From positions 1 to 47,799 of the IMG/VR virus record IMGVR_UViG_3300037991_000189: a DNA stretch of 47,799 nucleotides. The stretch is one strand, 5' to 3'. Position 1 is the stretch's first letter. Each line of letters opens with the position of its first letter. A program made the position numbers and the translations under genes. The stretch is from a virus (Duplodnaviria; Caudoviricetes). Below are positions 1-8,886 of the stretch, one piece after another. The notes below the pieces were generated by a model, which was not told the DNA's origin, ran no database searches, and saw nothing but the letters and a program-made list of their open reading frames with translations.

Positions 1-47
1 GTGGTTTCACGTACGGTTTGTTCACGATTAATTCTATTCTCAGCCAT
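1..47 (-). CDS. 5' end of a head-module gene (MAENRINREQTVRET...), truncated by the window edge
   Basis: ATG at 47-45 overlaps the scaffold stop (TAATG coupling); the frame is open to the edge. Confidence 0.6.
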   Translation of the reverse strand, partial: MAENRINREQTVRET

Positions 48-1099
48 TATTTTTTCCTCATTTCTTCTGCAACCTTCTTGGCGTATAAATCAAGTGGGAC
101 TCCAAGTCGTTTAGCGAGAGTTACTTGTGTTTGCGTTAATCTTACCTTTTTAGGTGCTGTGCTCCGCGTTGCGGGTGCAACCACATTATTTAACTTCGGC
201 TTTTCAGTCTCAGTCTCTACTTCTGTTTCACTGTCCTCAAAGTTCTCTGGGAACAGTTTGCGCATACGAGAGTCAATAATCTCGTAGTATTCATCGGCAT
301 TTGTTTGAGGGTATGCCTGCCCGTGTGTTTTTACGAGTTTGCTATGCAACCCAAGAACATAACTTGTCATCTCGTCATCAGTTCCAAACCACGTATTGGC
401 TTTCGCCCATTCTGTAGCTCGGGCATCGACCACTGGCGCAGGGGTTGTAGTGGTCTCTTCCTTTGTTTCTACAGGAGTTTCATTCTCTTGTAAAGAAGGA
501 AGTTGGAAATTATTTAACCTATCGGATTTAATCTTAGCGGCTGTTAAGTTTTCTTGTGCTTCTACAACAGTATCTGCTTCACCAGCTTCATAAGCAACTT
601 TATATGCAGCTTTAGCACTTGCTAACTCTTTTTCTGCTGCTTTCTTAGCTTGCTCAAGCATAGCTGTTTGATTTTTAACAGTCGTATCTTTTAGTTTTTT
701 GTTCTCTTCAACAAGTTGTTTTGTTAACTTTTCGAGCTCTTGCGCTTCACGTATTGCCTTTTCTTTTTCACGCCTTTCGTCGTGGTAGCCTTTGCTGAAG
801 TGCTTGATCCTATTTTTGACTTTGTCGGAGTACTCTTCAAGTTCAGCTTCAGTGACATCAGCAGGCGGCTCAGACGGCTTGCGACCTCTGTCAGCTTTTG
901 GCGTATCGTCCACAACTTCAATGTCAACTTCACTTGCGTTAGTATTTTTTGTATCTTCAACTTTTTCTTCAGTTTTTGCATATTCATCTTTTGTTGCCTT
1001 TCCAGATATATCTATCTCTACTGCGCTAGATGATTCTACATCTATTTTCTTCTCTTCCTGCTCATCAGGAAATTTATATTCTACTTTTTGAAACGGCAT
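47..1099 (-). CDS. Capsid scaffolding protein (putative)
   Basis: 350 aa, acidic, long coiled coil, C-terminal basic/helical tail (VRLTQTQVTLAKRLGVPLDLYAK); lies downstream of the portal. Confidence 0.7.
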   Translation of the reverse strand: MPFQKVEYKFPDEQEEKKIDVESSSAVEIDISGKATKDEYAKTEEKVEDTKNTNASEVDIEVVDDTPKADRGRKPSEPPADVTEAELEEYSDKVKNRIKHFSKGYHDERREKEKAIREAQELEKLTKQLVEENKKLKDTTVKNQTAMLEQAKKAAEKELASAKAAYKVAYEAGEADTVVEAQENLTAAKIKSDRLNNFQLPSLQENETPVETKEETTTTPAPVVDARATEWAKANTWFGTDDEMTSYVLGLHSKLVKTHGQAYPQTNADEYYEIIDSRMRKLFPENFEDSETEVETETEKPKLNNVVAPATRSTAPKKVRLTQTQVTLAKRLGVPLDLYAKKVAEEMRKK

Positions 1100-1109
1100 T
1101 GTTTACTCC

Positions 1110-1499
1110 CTACATTGCTCTTTTAATACCAGTCGGGTCAGCTATAACAGCCTCTATAGAATCATCGTTCATCAAACGATATTCCAACCCATTAACTGTA
1201 AATCTTGTACCTGTATTAGCACGGAACATTACATAGTCTCCTTGCTTACACCAAGCTCCTGTCGGAAATCTTTCTTTATCCGCATATGCTTGGTCACCCA
1301 TATCCATAACTAACCCCATTATAGACATTATATGGTCGAGTCTTTTAGCTGTATCCGTTTTTAATATATTACTACCTTCATATGTATCTTTTTGTTGAGG
1401 TAATGCTACTAAAACACGATATCCTACAGGTTTAGGGAGTTGTGCATCTATTTCTTTATCAGTTAGCACTGGCTGATCTATTGCTGGTTCAGTCATCAT
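1110..1499 (-). CDS. groES: Phage co-chaperonin, GroES/Cpn10-like
   Basis: PVGYRVLV, GDYVMF...GT, YRLMNDDSIEAVI match the Cpn10 fold signature. Confidence 0.85.
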   Translation of the reverse strand: MMTEPAIDQPVLTDKEIDAQLPKPVGYRVLVALPQQKDTYEGSNILKTDTAKRLDHIMSIMGLVMDMGDQAYADKERFPTGAWCKQGDYVMFRANTGTRFTVNGLEYRLMNDDSIEAVIADPTGIKRAM

Positions 1500-1686
1500 C
1501 TTCTTCCATTTGGTTGCGCGAGAGGTCTTCTATTAATTGTTTACTAACCTCGAGACCCCGTATCAAGCCAGTAACTTCCTTATATTGGGCATAGTCTTTT
1601 GGACCTCCCGATGTAAGAAACTGTGTTGAAGATAACTTCTGTTCTTCTATTTGTTGTATGAGCACGTCAAAGACGGTTTTAGCCAT
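1489..1686 (-). CDS. Small conserved head-module protein
   Basis: 65 aa between portal and GroES, with a DYAQYKEVTGLIRGL motif and an AGGA RBS. Confidence 0.7.
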   Translation of the reverse strand: MAKTVFDVLIQQIEEQKLSSTQFLTSGGPKDYAQYKEVTGLIRGLEVSKQLIEDLSRNQMEEDDD

Positions 1687-1695
1687 AATTGTCCT

Positions 1696-4101
1696 TTACT
1701 TCATTGTTTTAAGTATTTCTAAATTTCGTTTATCAGTTTTGTCTTGTTTATCTGTTGCTAACTTAACATTTTCTTTTTGAGCATCTATCATTATTTCAGC
1801 TTTATTGATCTTAAGTTGTTCTTTATCTTTAGCAGCTTTTAATTGTAATTCTGCTTTTCTGACAGCTAGATCATCAGCGTCTTTCTTAGCTTTACGTTGT
1901 ACTTCTTGTGCCTTAATTTGAAGTTCTGCTTGTTTCATCTGTGCAACAGGATCTTGTGCTGCCTGTAATGCTGCTTCTTGTGCTGCTTTCTGTTGATTTG
2001 CCTGTGTTAGTTGTTTACCAGCTTCAGCTACCACAGACGCTAATTCTACTTCTACTTCTGGGGACAACTCTGCGTTTGGTGCAGGTAATGATACACCTAG
2101 ACGCTCTTCTATCTGTTTTCTGTAGTTGAATCCTAAGTGTTCTGCTATGTGGGCTTGTAAAGATGCCATTATTGATTGTGCTTGTGGATTCTGCCCTATC
2201 ATAGCAGCTATCGCTGGATCTTTCATAAAAGCCATGTGTGCTGATATGTGAGCATCGTGATCTTGATATATAAAGGCTTTCATAGGTTTACCAACTAGTG
2301 CATTCATATTTTCGCTTACTGGATCTACAGGTTTCATGTCTTCTTTCATAGGTACAAGTTTATCTGCGTTCTTAACCCCTAATACTTCTATCATCTGCCT
2401 ATGCAGTTGTGGCAGATCATATATCTGTGGTGCAGACGTAGCCATTTGTAATACAGCTTGATACTGCACAACTCTCTGCGCCATAGTAGAACTATTAGGA
2501 TCGCTGACAGGTATAACTTCTACCAACCCATAATCAGCTTGTCTAGCACCAACCTCACCTCGTTGTGGTTGATACGAATACTCGGCTGGCGCGTATTCTG
2601 CTAGGAGAGTCTTGAGAAGCTTAAACTCTTGTTTCATAGCATAATGAACGCGAGCTTGTACTGCAGCCATCGGCTTCAGAGTCCGCTCAAGGAGTGCCAG
2701 CGTCGTGCCAACTGGAGCATTAGCTGACATATCTGATATGTTCATATCACTAATTGCCCCAAGCCTTCGGCCTTCTGTAGTAATCTGATTAAGTAGAGCT
2801 AGTAATGTTTGACTTGGCTCTTTGTATGGTAATGGCATAATATTGTCACGTATGCTACCTGATGGCACGTCAACATCTTTAAATTCTCCAGGCTCTATCG
2901 GTGTGTCGTCACCCTTAATACGCAACCCGCGAGATTTAAGACCTCCAGGGAGATTGGATAATGTACCTGCATCCACGAGTTGTCGTATTAAAGATGTGCC
3001 TGCACGGGCGTATCCACCTATGATGTGGATAAGACCTAACCCATAAAAACCAAACCCTGGGACATACACATAGTGCACAAAGTGTTGTCTTTTTAGTTTG
3101 AGTTTATCGGTAGGGTTCCAGTTTCTACGGATAGCTAATACTTCATTAGAACCTCGTTCTATTGTTACAACATATGGTTTAGCTATTTCTTCTTCAGAAT
3201 CATCTATACCTTCTATAACAAGATCTGCATGTACTTCATAGATACTATATCTATCATCGTTAGTAAGAGAGTATCCACCCTCTTCAGCTTTACGTTCTTC
3301 TATATCTGTGTGATACGCCTGTGGTTCACCTAAATCTACTTCTCTGTAAAAACCGTTTGCCTGTAACTTCTTTAACTCGTTCTTTGTCTTTCTCATCACG
3401 TGAGTAACACGTTCTGCTGTCTCTACGTGCGAAGCCCCATAAGGTACTATCACGTCCTCGGCAGGTATATACAGAGCAACTTGTCGTCCTATGTTTGGAT
3501 CATAATAAACTTTTTTGAAGGCAGAACCTGCTAGACCTAAACTATAAAGGAGGCGTTCATGTTCAGGGCGATACTCAACCATGTTCTCTGTGAGCTCATA
3601 ATTCATATCTGATTTTACACGAGCTGCTGCTTCATCTTTTTCTTTTGTTTCCTCGCCAAGCAGCTTTGTTTTAACAGGTCCTGCGGCAGGAAATGTTTCA
3701 CTCATAGTTTCAGCTTGAAATCTTATAGCCGCTTCTGCTAATACTGTAGAATATACACCACACGCGCCTTCCCAAGGTTCTGTGCGTTCTTCGTATTTAA
3801 ACCCTAAAACTTCTAAACCCTTTACATAAGAATCTGCCCAGTCTTTACGACTGTTAAGATCTCCTTCTACCATGTCAATTATATCATCAGCTAAAATAGA
3901 TAATGCGTCATCTTCCATTTCTTCTGCAATATTCGCATTAAATCCACCTTTTCCAGTATCACCTCCTGGGATAATAGTGACTTCTACACTACCATCGTCT
4001 AACGTGACCATCTCGGGATTTACAATTTCTATCTCTAAAGCATCTTCTTTTTTAGCTGCTTCTTCTATAGGACTAGGGGTTAATGCTTTTTCTACTGCCA
4101 T
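1696..4101 (-). CDS. Portal (head-tail connector) protein
   Basis: 801 aa directly after terL; PWEGACGV, GSAFKKVYYD and GFYGLGLIH motifs; Q/A-rich coiled-coil C-terminus as in P22-like portals. Confidence 0.88.
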   Translation of the reverse strand: MAVEKALTPSPIEEAAKKEDALEIEIVNPEMVTLDDGSVEVTIIPGGDTGKGGFNANIAEEMEDDALSILADDIIDMVEGDLNSRKDWADSYVKGLEVLGFKYEERTEPWEGACGVYSTVLAEAAIRFQAETMSETFPAAGPVKTKLLGEETKEKDEAAARVKSDMNYELTENMVEYRPEHERLLYSLGLAGSAFKKVYYDPNIGRQVALYIPAEDVIVPYGASHVETAERVTHVMRKTKNELKKLQANGFYREVDLGEPQAYHTDIEERKAEEGGYSLTNDDRYSIYEVHADLVIEGIDDSEEEIAKPYVVTIERGSNEVLAIRRNWNPTDKLKLKRQHFVHYVYVPGFGFYGLGLIHIIGGYARAGTSLIRQLVDAGTLSNLPGGLKSRGLRIKGDDTPIEPGEFKDVDVPSGSIRDNIMPLPYKEPSQTLLALLNQITTEGRRLGAISDMNISDMSANAPVGTTLALLERTLKPMAAVQARVHYAMKQEFKLLKTLLAEYAPAEYSYQPQRGEVGARQADYGLVEVIPVSDPNSSTMAQRVVQYQAVLQMATSAPQIYDLPQLHRQMIEVLGVKNADKLVPMKEDMKPVDPVSENMNALVGKPMKAFIYQDHDAHISAHMAFMKDPAIAAMIGQNPQAQSIMASLQAHIAEHLGFNYRKQIEERLGVSLPAPNAELSPEVEVELASVVAEAGKQLTQANQQKAAQEAALQAAQDPVAQMKQAELQIKAQEVQRKAKKDADDLAVRKAELQLKAAKDKEQLKINKAEIMIDAQKENVKLATDKQDKTDKRNLEILKTMK

Positions 4102-5654
4102 TAGTAATATCCACTTCCTCTACGTTTAAAGTATTGAGTCTCCTCTGGCTCATCACTTGGTAGTCTTATAAAACCACCTTGTCTAAATCGCATTAGTGCC
4201 ATAACAGTTGAGTCAACCAAGTCATCATGACTCATAAATGGAAATCCTGCAATCTCTTCTATAACTTCTTCCGCCCATCTTGTTTCTGGAACCCAACACA
4301 ATCCTGATGCTACTATATCAGACACAGAATTTAATCTGGCTAATTTATCACCTGATCCTCTGTGTGGTGTATACTCCTGTACTGGTAATCCCATACGCCT
4401 CATTTCTTGATAAAGTGCAGTACCTGCACTTTTCTTTTCAACTATAAAAGCATCTGGCTCCCAATCTGCATATTCTTCCATAGCCAGTTCTTTAAGTTCT
4501 GGGAACTCCATACGCCTTTTTATACTATTTAGCAATATAATATTATACGCGTCAACCTCTTCGTTAAGAAAAACTCCCCATGTAGTTATTGCCGTATAGT
4601 CAGCTCTGTTGTGTTTTTCTGCTGCAGCGTCCAGTGACATGATAACATATTCACATGGTGGAGGGTCATCTTGTACCCATCTTTGCCACCATTCTCTCTT
4701 TACAAGTGCGGCTTCTTCAGCGGTTGGTTCTTGCTGATACTGTGCGTTCCATTGGAACACGGGCATAGATGCTTTGGTACGTAGTAATGCGTCTAAATTA
4801 AAAAACTCAGGCCACAAAGGTTTTTGTTCTGATTTCTCAGTTTCTTTATTTATAATATCTAATATGGCAGGAAACTCCACAACTTCATATTGATCGGCTT
4901 TTTCATTCTGCCCCATATCTTTAGTCACACGCCCTGTCAAATCATCCATGTGCCAACGTGTTTGTATGATAGCCACACGACCCCCTGGCATTAATCTTGT
5001 TCGTGCACCATATGTAAACCACTCGTATGCTTTTTCAAATACTCCGAAGTTACCATTGATAACGTCTTGCTCGGAGTGGGGATCATCAACAAGAAGCAAA
5101 TCAGCACCACGACCAGCAATAGATGAGCCAATACCACACGCATAATACTCTCCTCCCGAATTAGTATTCCATCTTCCCGCTGACTTAGAATCTGCTGCAA
5201 GTTGTACAGTAGGGAATATGGCTTGATATTCATCTGTAGAGATTAGATTACGTACTTTTCTACCAAAGTCCACTGCTAAATCTGTAGTGTGTGATACCAT
5301 CATCACTTTTTTGTTAGGATTCCTACCTAAAAACCATGCAGGAAAAAATATAGACACTAACTGGGACTTACCATGACGTGGTGGTATGTTTACACATATT
5401 CTATCTTTTTTGCCTTGTTCTATATCCATTAACATGTTTGCCAGCATTCTGTGATGCTTACCTACAATATAATCTGGCTGCATATGTTTACAAAATGCTA
5501 TAAGATCGTCGTATATCGTCTTGATTTTCTTACGTTTTCCTAGTTCGTCAACTAATTTATCTATCTCCATGACTTCTTCAGGCGTATATTTATCTAAATT
5601 AGCCAACATTACGCTAATTTCGTCTTCAGAAAAGTCAATGATAGCTTCACTCAT
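4101..5654 (-). CDS. terL: Terminase large subunit
   Basis: Walker A PPRHGKS, Walker B LLLVDDP, coupling motif QTRWH, RNase H-like nuclease residues (SLDAA, HDDLVDS). Confidence 0.95.
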   Translation of the reverse strand: MSEAIIDFSEDEISVMLANLDKYTPEEVMEIDKLVDELGKRKKIKTIYDDLIAFCKHMQPDYIVGKHHRMLANMLMDIEQGKKDRICVNIPPRHGKSQLVSIFFPAWFLGRNPNKKVMMVSHTTDLAVDFGRKVRNLISTDEYQAIFPTVQLAADSKSAGRWNTNSGGEYYACGIGSSIAGRGADLLLVDDPHSEQDVINGNFGVFEKAYEWFTYGARTRLMPGGRVAIIQTRWHMDDLTGRVTKDMGQNEKADQYEVVEFPAILDIINKETEKSEQKPLWPEFFNLDALLRTKASMPVFQWNAQYQQEPTAEEAALVKREWWQRWVQDDPPPCEYVIMSLDAAAEKHNRADYTAITTWGVFLNEEVDAYNIILLNSIKRRMEFPELKELAMEEYADWEPDAFIVEKKSAGTALYQEMRRMGLPVQEYTPHRGSGDKLARLNSVSDIVASGLCWVPETRWAEEVIEEIAGFPFMSHDDLVDSTVMALMRFRQGGFIRLPSDEPEETQYFKRRGSGYY

Positions 5655-6288
5655 CTTTAGTTTTCCAAAAATACTCGTCAGTATCCCCTAATCGGGTCAT
5701 ATTTCCATTTTCTACCTGATAATTTATGGTGCTAACCTTAAAATCAGGATCTAATGGCTTCTGCGGGGTCAAAGAATTGTCATAAACCCTCATTCTATTG
5801 TTCGGATAGAGGCAAAACTGCCCATTATCTAGTTGTAACAAGTTATGTGACTTGTGTTCTTCAGGAGTTTCGCTTGTGCTGTAATCAATTCCGTTAGCAT
5901 CTGCATGATAATTGTCTATTGTGCATATATACGAACCTGTCAATGTTCCATGATCTCTGCTTAATATTTGAAAATCCATTGATCCTATAAATTGTTTACA
6001 AATAGATACTACACCATAGTCCATACAGTTCCAAAACTGTAAATTTGGTAAACTAAGATCAGGATCAGGTGTTTTAGGTCTGGATAAAAATGCACTTATA
6101 GGTAATTTATCAAACAAAGCCCCGTATTGTGGTAGATATGTTTCAAAATAAAACGCTCTACCAGGGATAGACTTGGCTGATACCCATACACCCTCTACAA
6201 ATTCTCCATGTCCATCTTTTAAATCTCTTAAATATTCTTTTCTAACCCACACTTTCTCTGCTGGCATATTACAAATCAACTCACTCAT
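5647..6288 (-). CDS. Conserved hypothetical phage protein between terS and terL
   Basis: 213-aa ORF overlapping both neighbours; no motif I can assign. Confidence 0.75.
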   Translation of the reverse strand: MSELICNMPAEKVWVRKEYLRDLKDGHGEFVEGVWVSAKSIPGRAFYFETYLPQYGALFDKLPISAFLSRPKTPDPDLSLPNLQFWNCMDYGVVSICKQFIGSMDFQILSRDHGTLTGSYICTIDNYHADANGIDYSTSETPEEHKSHNLLQLDNGQFCLYPNNRMRVYDNSLTPQKPLDPDFKVSTINYQVENGNMTRLGDTDEYFWKTKDE

Positions 6289-6877
6289 CCTTTAATCCTA
6301 ACTCCTTATCAACATCGAATGATTCTCCATCAATTATAACGGGATCTTTATCTCTGTCATCTTCTACTTTTACTAATTTATTTAACTTCGCACGTAACTT
6401 CTCTCGTAAATCATCAGTGGATTGATGTGTTACTGTAACTTCAGATTTTTCTGCAAACAAACTAACATCAGACATTTTACCCAAAAGCTCCAAAGCACGT
6501 ATACGCACTTTAGGATCAGGGTTTTCAGTTTCTAATAATAACTTATTGGTAACAAGATGTCTTATGTGCGTAGCACTCTCAACAACAGACTGCCCAAACT
6601 CTTTTAAAATATTGTTTGTTAACACAAGACTAGCAGGAGTAAGTGTAGATGCTTTCTTTGTAGTAACCTTTTTAGATGTGGTTTCGGGATCGTCTGCATA
6701 CGCAACGGTTAATTTTGCTGCAATATCTTTGTCCTCTTTGGTAGGTTCTAAGTTTAATCCGTGTTTTTCTAGTTCTTTGGCAGTCTCAGCCGCATGCTTT
6801 GTCCGTGTCTTTAAGTCCACGGGTGGTAGATTAGGAGAAAACTCAATACCTAACTCAGGTTCTACAGTTATAGTCAT
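6281..6877 (-). CDS. Terminase small subunit (putative)
   Basis: First gene of the packaging operon; RIRALELLGKMSDVSLFAEKSEVTV resembles the TerS oligomerisation segment. Confidence 0.65.
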   Translation of the reverse strand: MTITVEPELGIEFSPNLPPVDLKTRTKHAAETAKELEKHGLNLEPTKEDKDIAAKLTVAYADDPETTSKKVTTKKASTLTPASLVLTNNILKEFGQSVVESATHIRHLVTNKLLLETENPDPKVRIRALELLGKMSDVSLFAEKSEVTVTHQSTDDLREKLRAKLNKLVKVEDDRDKDPVIIDGESFDVDKELGLKDE

Positions 6878-6943
6878 ACATATTCATCGCAGGTTGTTAA
6901 CCGATATTTTATATATACATAAAAAATTTTTTTCTGCAAGTAG

Positions 6944-7092
6944 TTTGGGACTCCAAAGGGGGGGTCTTCCTATATAGAGGGGGGTGGGGGTCGAATCTGA
7001 GAATTTTTGCAGTCGTTTGTGCAGATTAGTAATATATAGAAAATATGTATAGATAACATATATAAAGGGGCATGGGGGCATGGTATACCATG
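6944..7092. other. G-tract and palindrome cluster in the divergent intergenic region; candidate genome terminus/packaging site
   Basis: G7 (6958-64), G6-T-G5 (6979-90), GGGG-CAT-GGGGG, perfect 14-bp palindrome CATGGTATACCATG (7079-92); upstream of terS. Confidence 0.4.
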
Positions 7093-7196
7093 AAATAACA
7101 CGTTTTTGTCTATTTAGCTATATACTAACACGTTAAGATATGGTCTATTAATAATCATCAAGGCAACAAATACAAGAAAAGACCTTGGTTAACTTC

Positions 7197-7215
7197 TGTT
7201 AGTCACTGACTAACA
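7197..7215. repeat. 19-bp palindrome copy 1 (TGTTAGTCACTGACTAACA)
   Basis: Perfect inverted repeat, 20 bp upstream of the first early gene. Confidence 0.95.
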
Positions 7216-7235
7216 ATTTTTGAAAGGGGCATATC

Positions 7236-7844
7236 ATGTCTAAAAAATCTAACGTCTTGGTTAAAGACGAAAACTTAACCAAATTTTTCAAGCATACTAA
7301 ATCTATTATCAGTGCTGAGAAAAGCACTGAGAGTGCAAATAGATTATTTTGTGCTTGGGCAATCGCTTTGTATCCTAACGTAAAGGCTGACAAAGTTTAC
7401 CTTAACTTTACTAATCCAAATACTAAGAAATCTAATCTTAGTAAAGATGAGTATAACATTCTTAAAGATACGATTGCTAAAGCTAAGTATAATGCTAAAG
7501 ATTTCAAGCTTTATAATTGTGCTGACATCACAGAAACATACGGCTTTAAAAAGAAGACCGCATCTTATAAGACTAAGGCTGATCAAAAACGTAAGTTAAG
7601 AGCTCAACCTGACAGCATACTTAACAAGATGGTCAATACTTTGGTTAATGCTACTAAGACCAAGAAAAAAGGCGGTAGTAGACAAGGTAGTAAATACGAT
7701 CAAATTGATAAGTTATTTGCTACGTTAGTTACTAAGCTTAATGCTAATGCAACTGATAAGAGTATCAAATGGTTAGCTAATAATGATCTTGAAAGCATCA
7801 AGAAACATATTACTAATGCAAGAGCTTGTATCAGTAAAGCTTAA
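7236..7844 (+). CDS. First early gene, basic Lys-rich hypothetical protein
   Basis: 202 aa, AAAGGGG RBS, followed by its own terminator. Confidence 0.8.
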   Translation: MSKKSNVLVKDENLTKFFKHTKSIISAEKSTESANRLFCAWAIALYPNVKADKVYLNFTNPNTKKSNLSKDEYNILKDTIAKAKYNAKDFKLYNCADITETYGFKKKTASYKTKADQKRKLRAQPDSILNKMVNTLVNATKTKKKGGSRQGSKYDQIDKLFATLVTKLNANATDKSIKWLANNDLESIKKHITNARACISKA

Positions 7845-7853
7845 CATCTTAAC

Positions 7854-7889
7854 ATGGGGCAATCAATTAAGGTTGCCCCATAATTTTTT
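7854..7889 (+). terminator. Rho-independent terminator
   Basis: ATGGGGCAA-loop-TTGCCCCAT stem followed by a T-tract. Confidence 0.8.
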
Positions 7890-7901
7890 AAGGAAATAAA
7901 A

Positions 7902-8180
7902 ATGGAAAAGTATATTTTAAATGGTATTGAATATGATAATTATAGACAATACAATCAAGCTTATAATAACTTAATAAGGGAAAACATGATGGCATCTTAT
8001 AAAAAAGATCTTAAAGATATACCTGTAAGACAGAAACGAATAAGACCAAGCGTAAGATATAGAACAATTAATTACTGTTCTTCATCTGAAAGATGGCATA
8101 AAATATTTGCTTATGTATTTGCTTATCTTGGTGGTTTTATTTTATTCTTGATGGCATTTGTTACCTTGTTATTAACTTAA
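7902..8180 (+). CDS. Small protein with a C-terminal transmembrane helix
   Basis: AAGGA RBS; hydrophobic tail IFAYVFAYLGGFILFLMAFVTLLLT. Confidence 0.7.
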   Translation: MEKYILNGIEYDNYRQYNQAYNNLIRENMMASYKKDLKDIPVRQKRIRPSVRYRTINYCSSSERWHKIFAYVFAYLGGFILFLMAFVTLLLT

Positions 8181-8187
8181 TATTTAT

Positions 8188-8236
8188 TGCTCGATCAAAT
8201 TAATTTTTGGTCGGGCATTTTTTTTGCCCAAAAAAA
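8188..8236 (+). terminator. Rho-independent terminator (possibly bidirectional)
   Basis: TGCTCGATCAAA/TTTGGTCGGGCA stem plus T8; overlapping GGGCA/TGCCC followed by an A-run. Confidence 0.75.
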
Positions 8237-8380
8237 GAAACCAGTTACTGAAGTCGCATTGAGCCGATCGTATTTTTGTTAGTCAGCCACTAACACGTCA
8301 CCACATGAAACCAGTTACTGAAGTCGCATTGAGCCAAACACGTTATTATTTGAAACCAGTTACTGAAGTCGCATTGAGCC
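8237..8380 (+). repeat. Three identical 29-bp direct repeats GAAACCAGTTACTGAAGTCGCATTGAGCC
   Basis: Copies at 8237-8265, 8307-8335 and 8352-8380; intervening sequences are 41 and 16 bp. Confidence 0.95.
8277..8295. repeat. 19-bp palindrome copy 2 (TGTTAGTCAGCCACTAACA)
   Basis: Lies between 29-bp repeats 1 and 2. Confidence 0.95.
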
Positions 8381-8382
8381 TA

Positions 8383-8724
8383 TTGTTCGTTTTTTATTAT
8401 AATGTTCTGCGAATGTTCGGCTAATGTTCGTTTTTTGCAAGTGTTAAACGTACATTATGTTTTGATGGTATATAGTGTTAGTCAGTGACTAACTGTTTAG
8501 TTTCTTACTTAGTAGAACTTAGCAAATCTTAGTAAATCTTATTTTTTATATATAATGTTCGTTTTTGTAAATAATACTTAGCAACATTATAAACTACTTT
8601 TGAAATGTTCGGAGGTCGTGAGCGTCTCGAGGCAGGTGTCCAATTCTCTAAAAAAACGAACATTAGAACATTACAATATAATCAAGGACTTACACGGATT
8701 TGAAAACGAACATTGCAGAACATT
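8383..8724. repeat. Convergent AATGTTC / GAACATT heptamer array around an AT-rich core; candidate replication origin
   Basis: AATGTTC at 8401, 8412, 8423, 8554, 8604; GAACATT at 8658, 8666, 8708, 8718; phased 10-mers CTTAGYARAW at 8508-8537. Confidence 0.6.
8476..8494. repeat. 19-bp palindrome copy 3 (TGTTAGTCAGTGACTAACT)
   Basis: 17-bp core is the reverse complement of copy 1. Confidence 0.95.
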
Positions 8725-8791
8725 ACAGTACATCACACGATTTACTACGGGAACACACTACAAGACACACCTACACACGTTCTGAAGAAAC

Positions 8792-8820
8792 TTGACACCA
8801 TCTGATACTTGTGCTATAAT
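8792..8820 (+). promoter_or_regulatory. Perfect sigma70 promoter with extended -10
   Basis: TTGACA (8792-97), 17-bp spacer, TG-C-TATAAT (8815-20); drives the early operon. Confidence 0.92.
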
Positions 8821-8886
8821 ATAAGAACAATCAAGAAAGGTTCTTGATTTCGGCACTTACGCCATAACATAACACGGAGGTATCAT

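Noticed and set aside
3-18. parS-like GTTTCACGT at the window start
   Set aside because: Only half of the 16-bp parS dyad, inside a coding sequence.
8237-8380. Mini-CRISPR array interpretation of the 29-bp repeats
   Set aside because: Spacers are 41 and 16 bp, one contains the phage's own palindrome, and GAAAC is at the start rather than the end of the repeat. There is no cas operon; the Cas4-like gene is an ordinary replication-module exonuclease.
8600-8785. 61-aa ORF in the control region
   Set aside because: TTG start with no RBS; it runs through the repeat array just upstream of the strong promoter.
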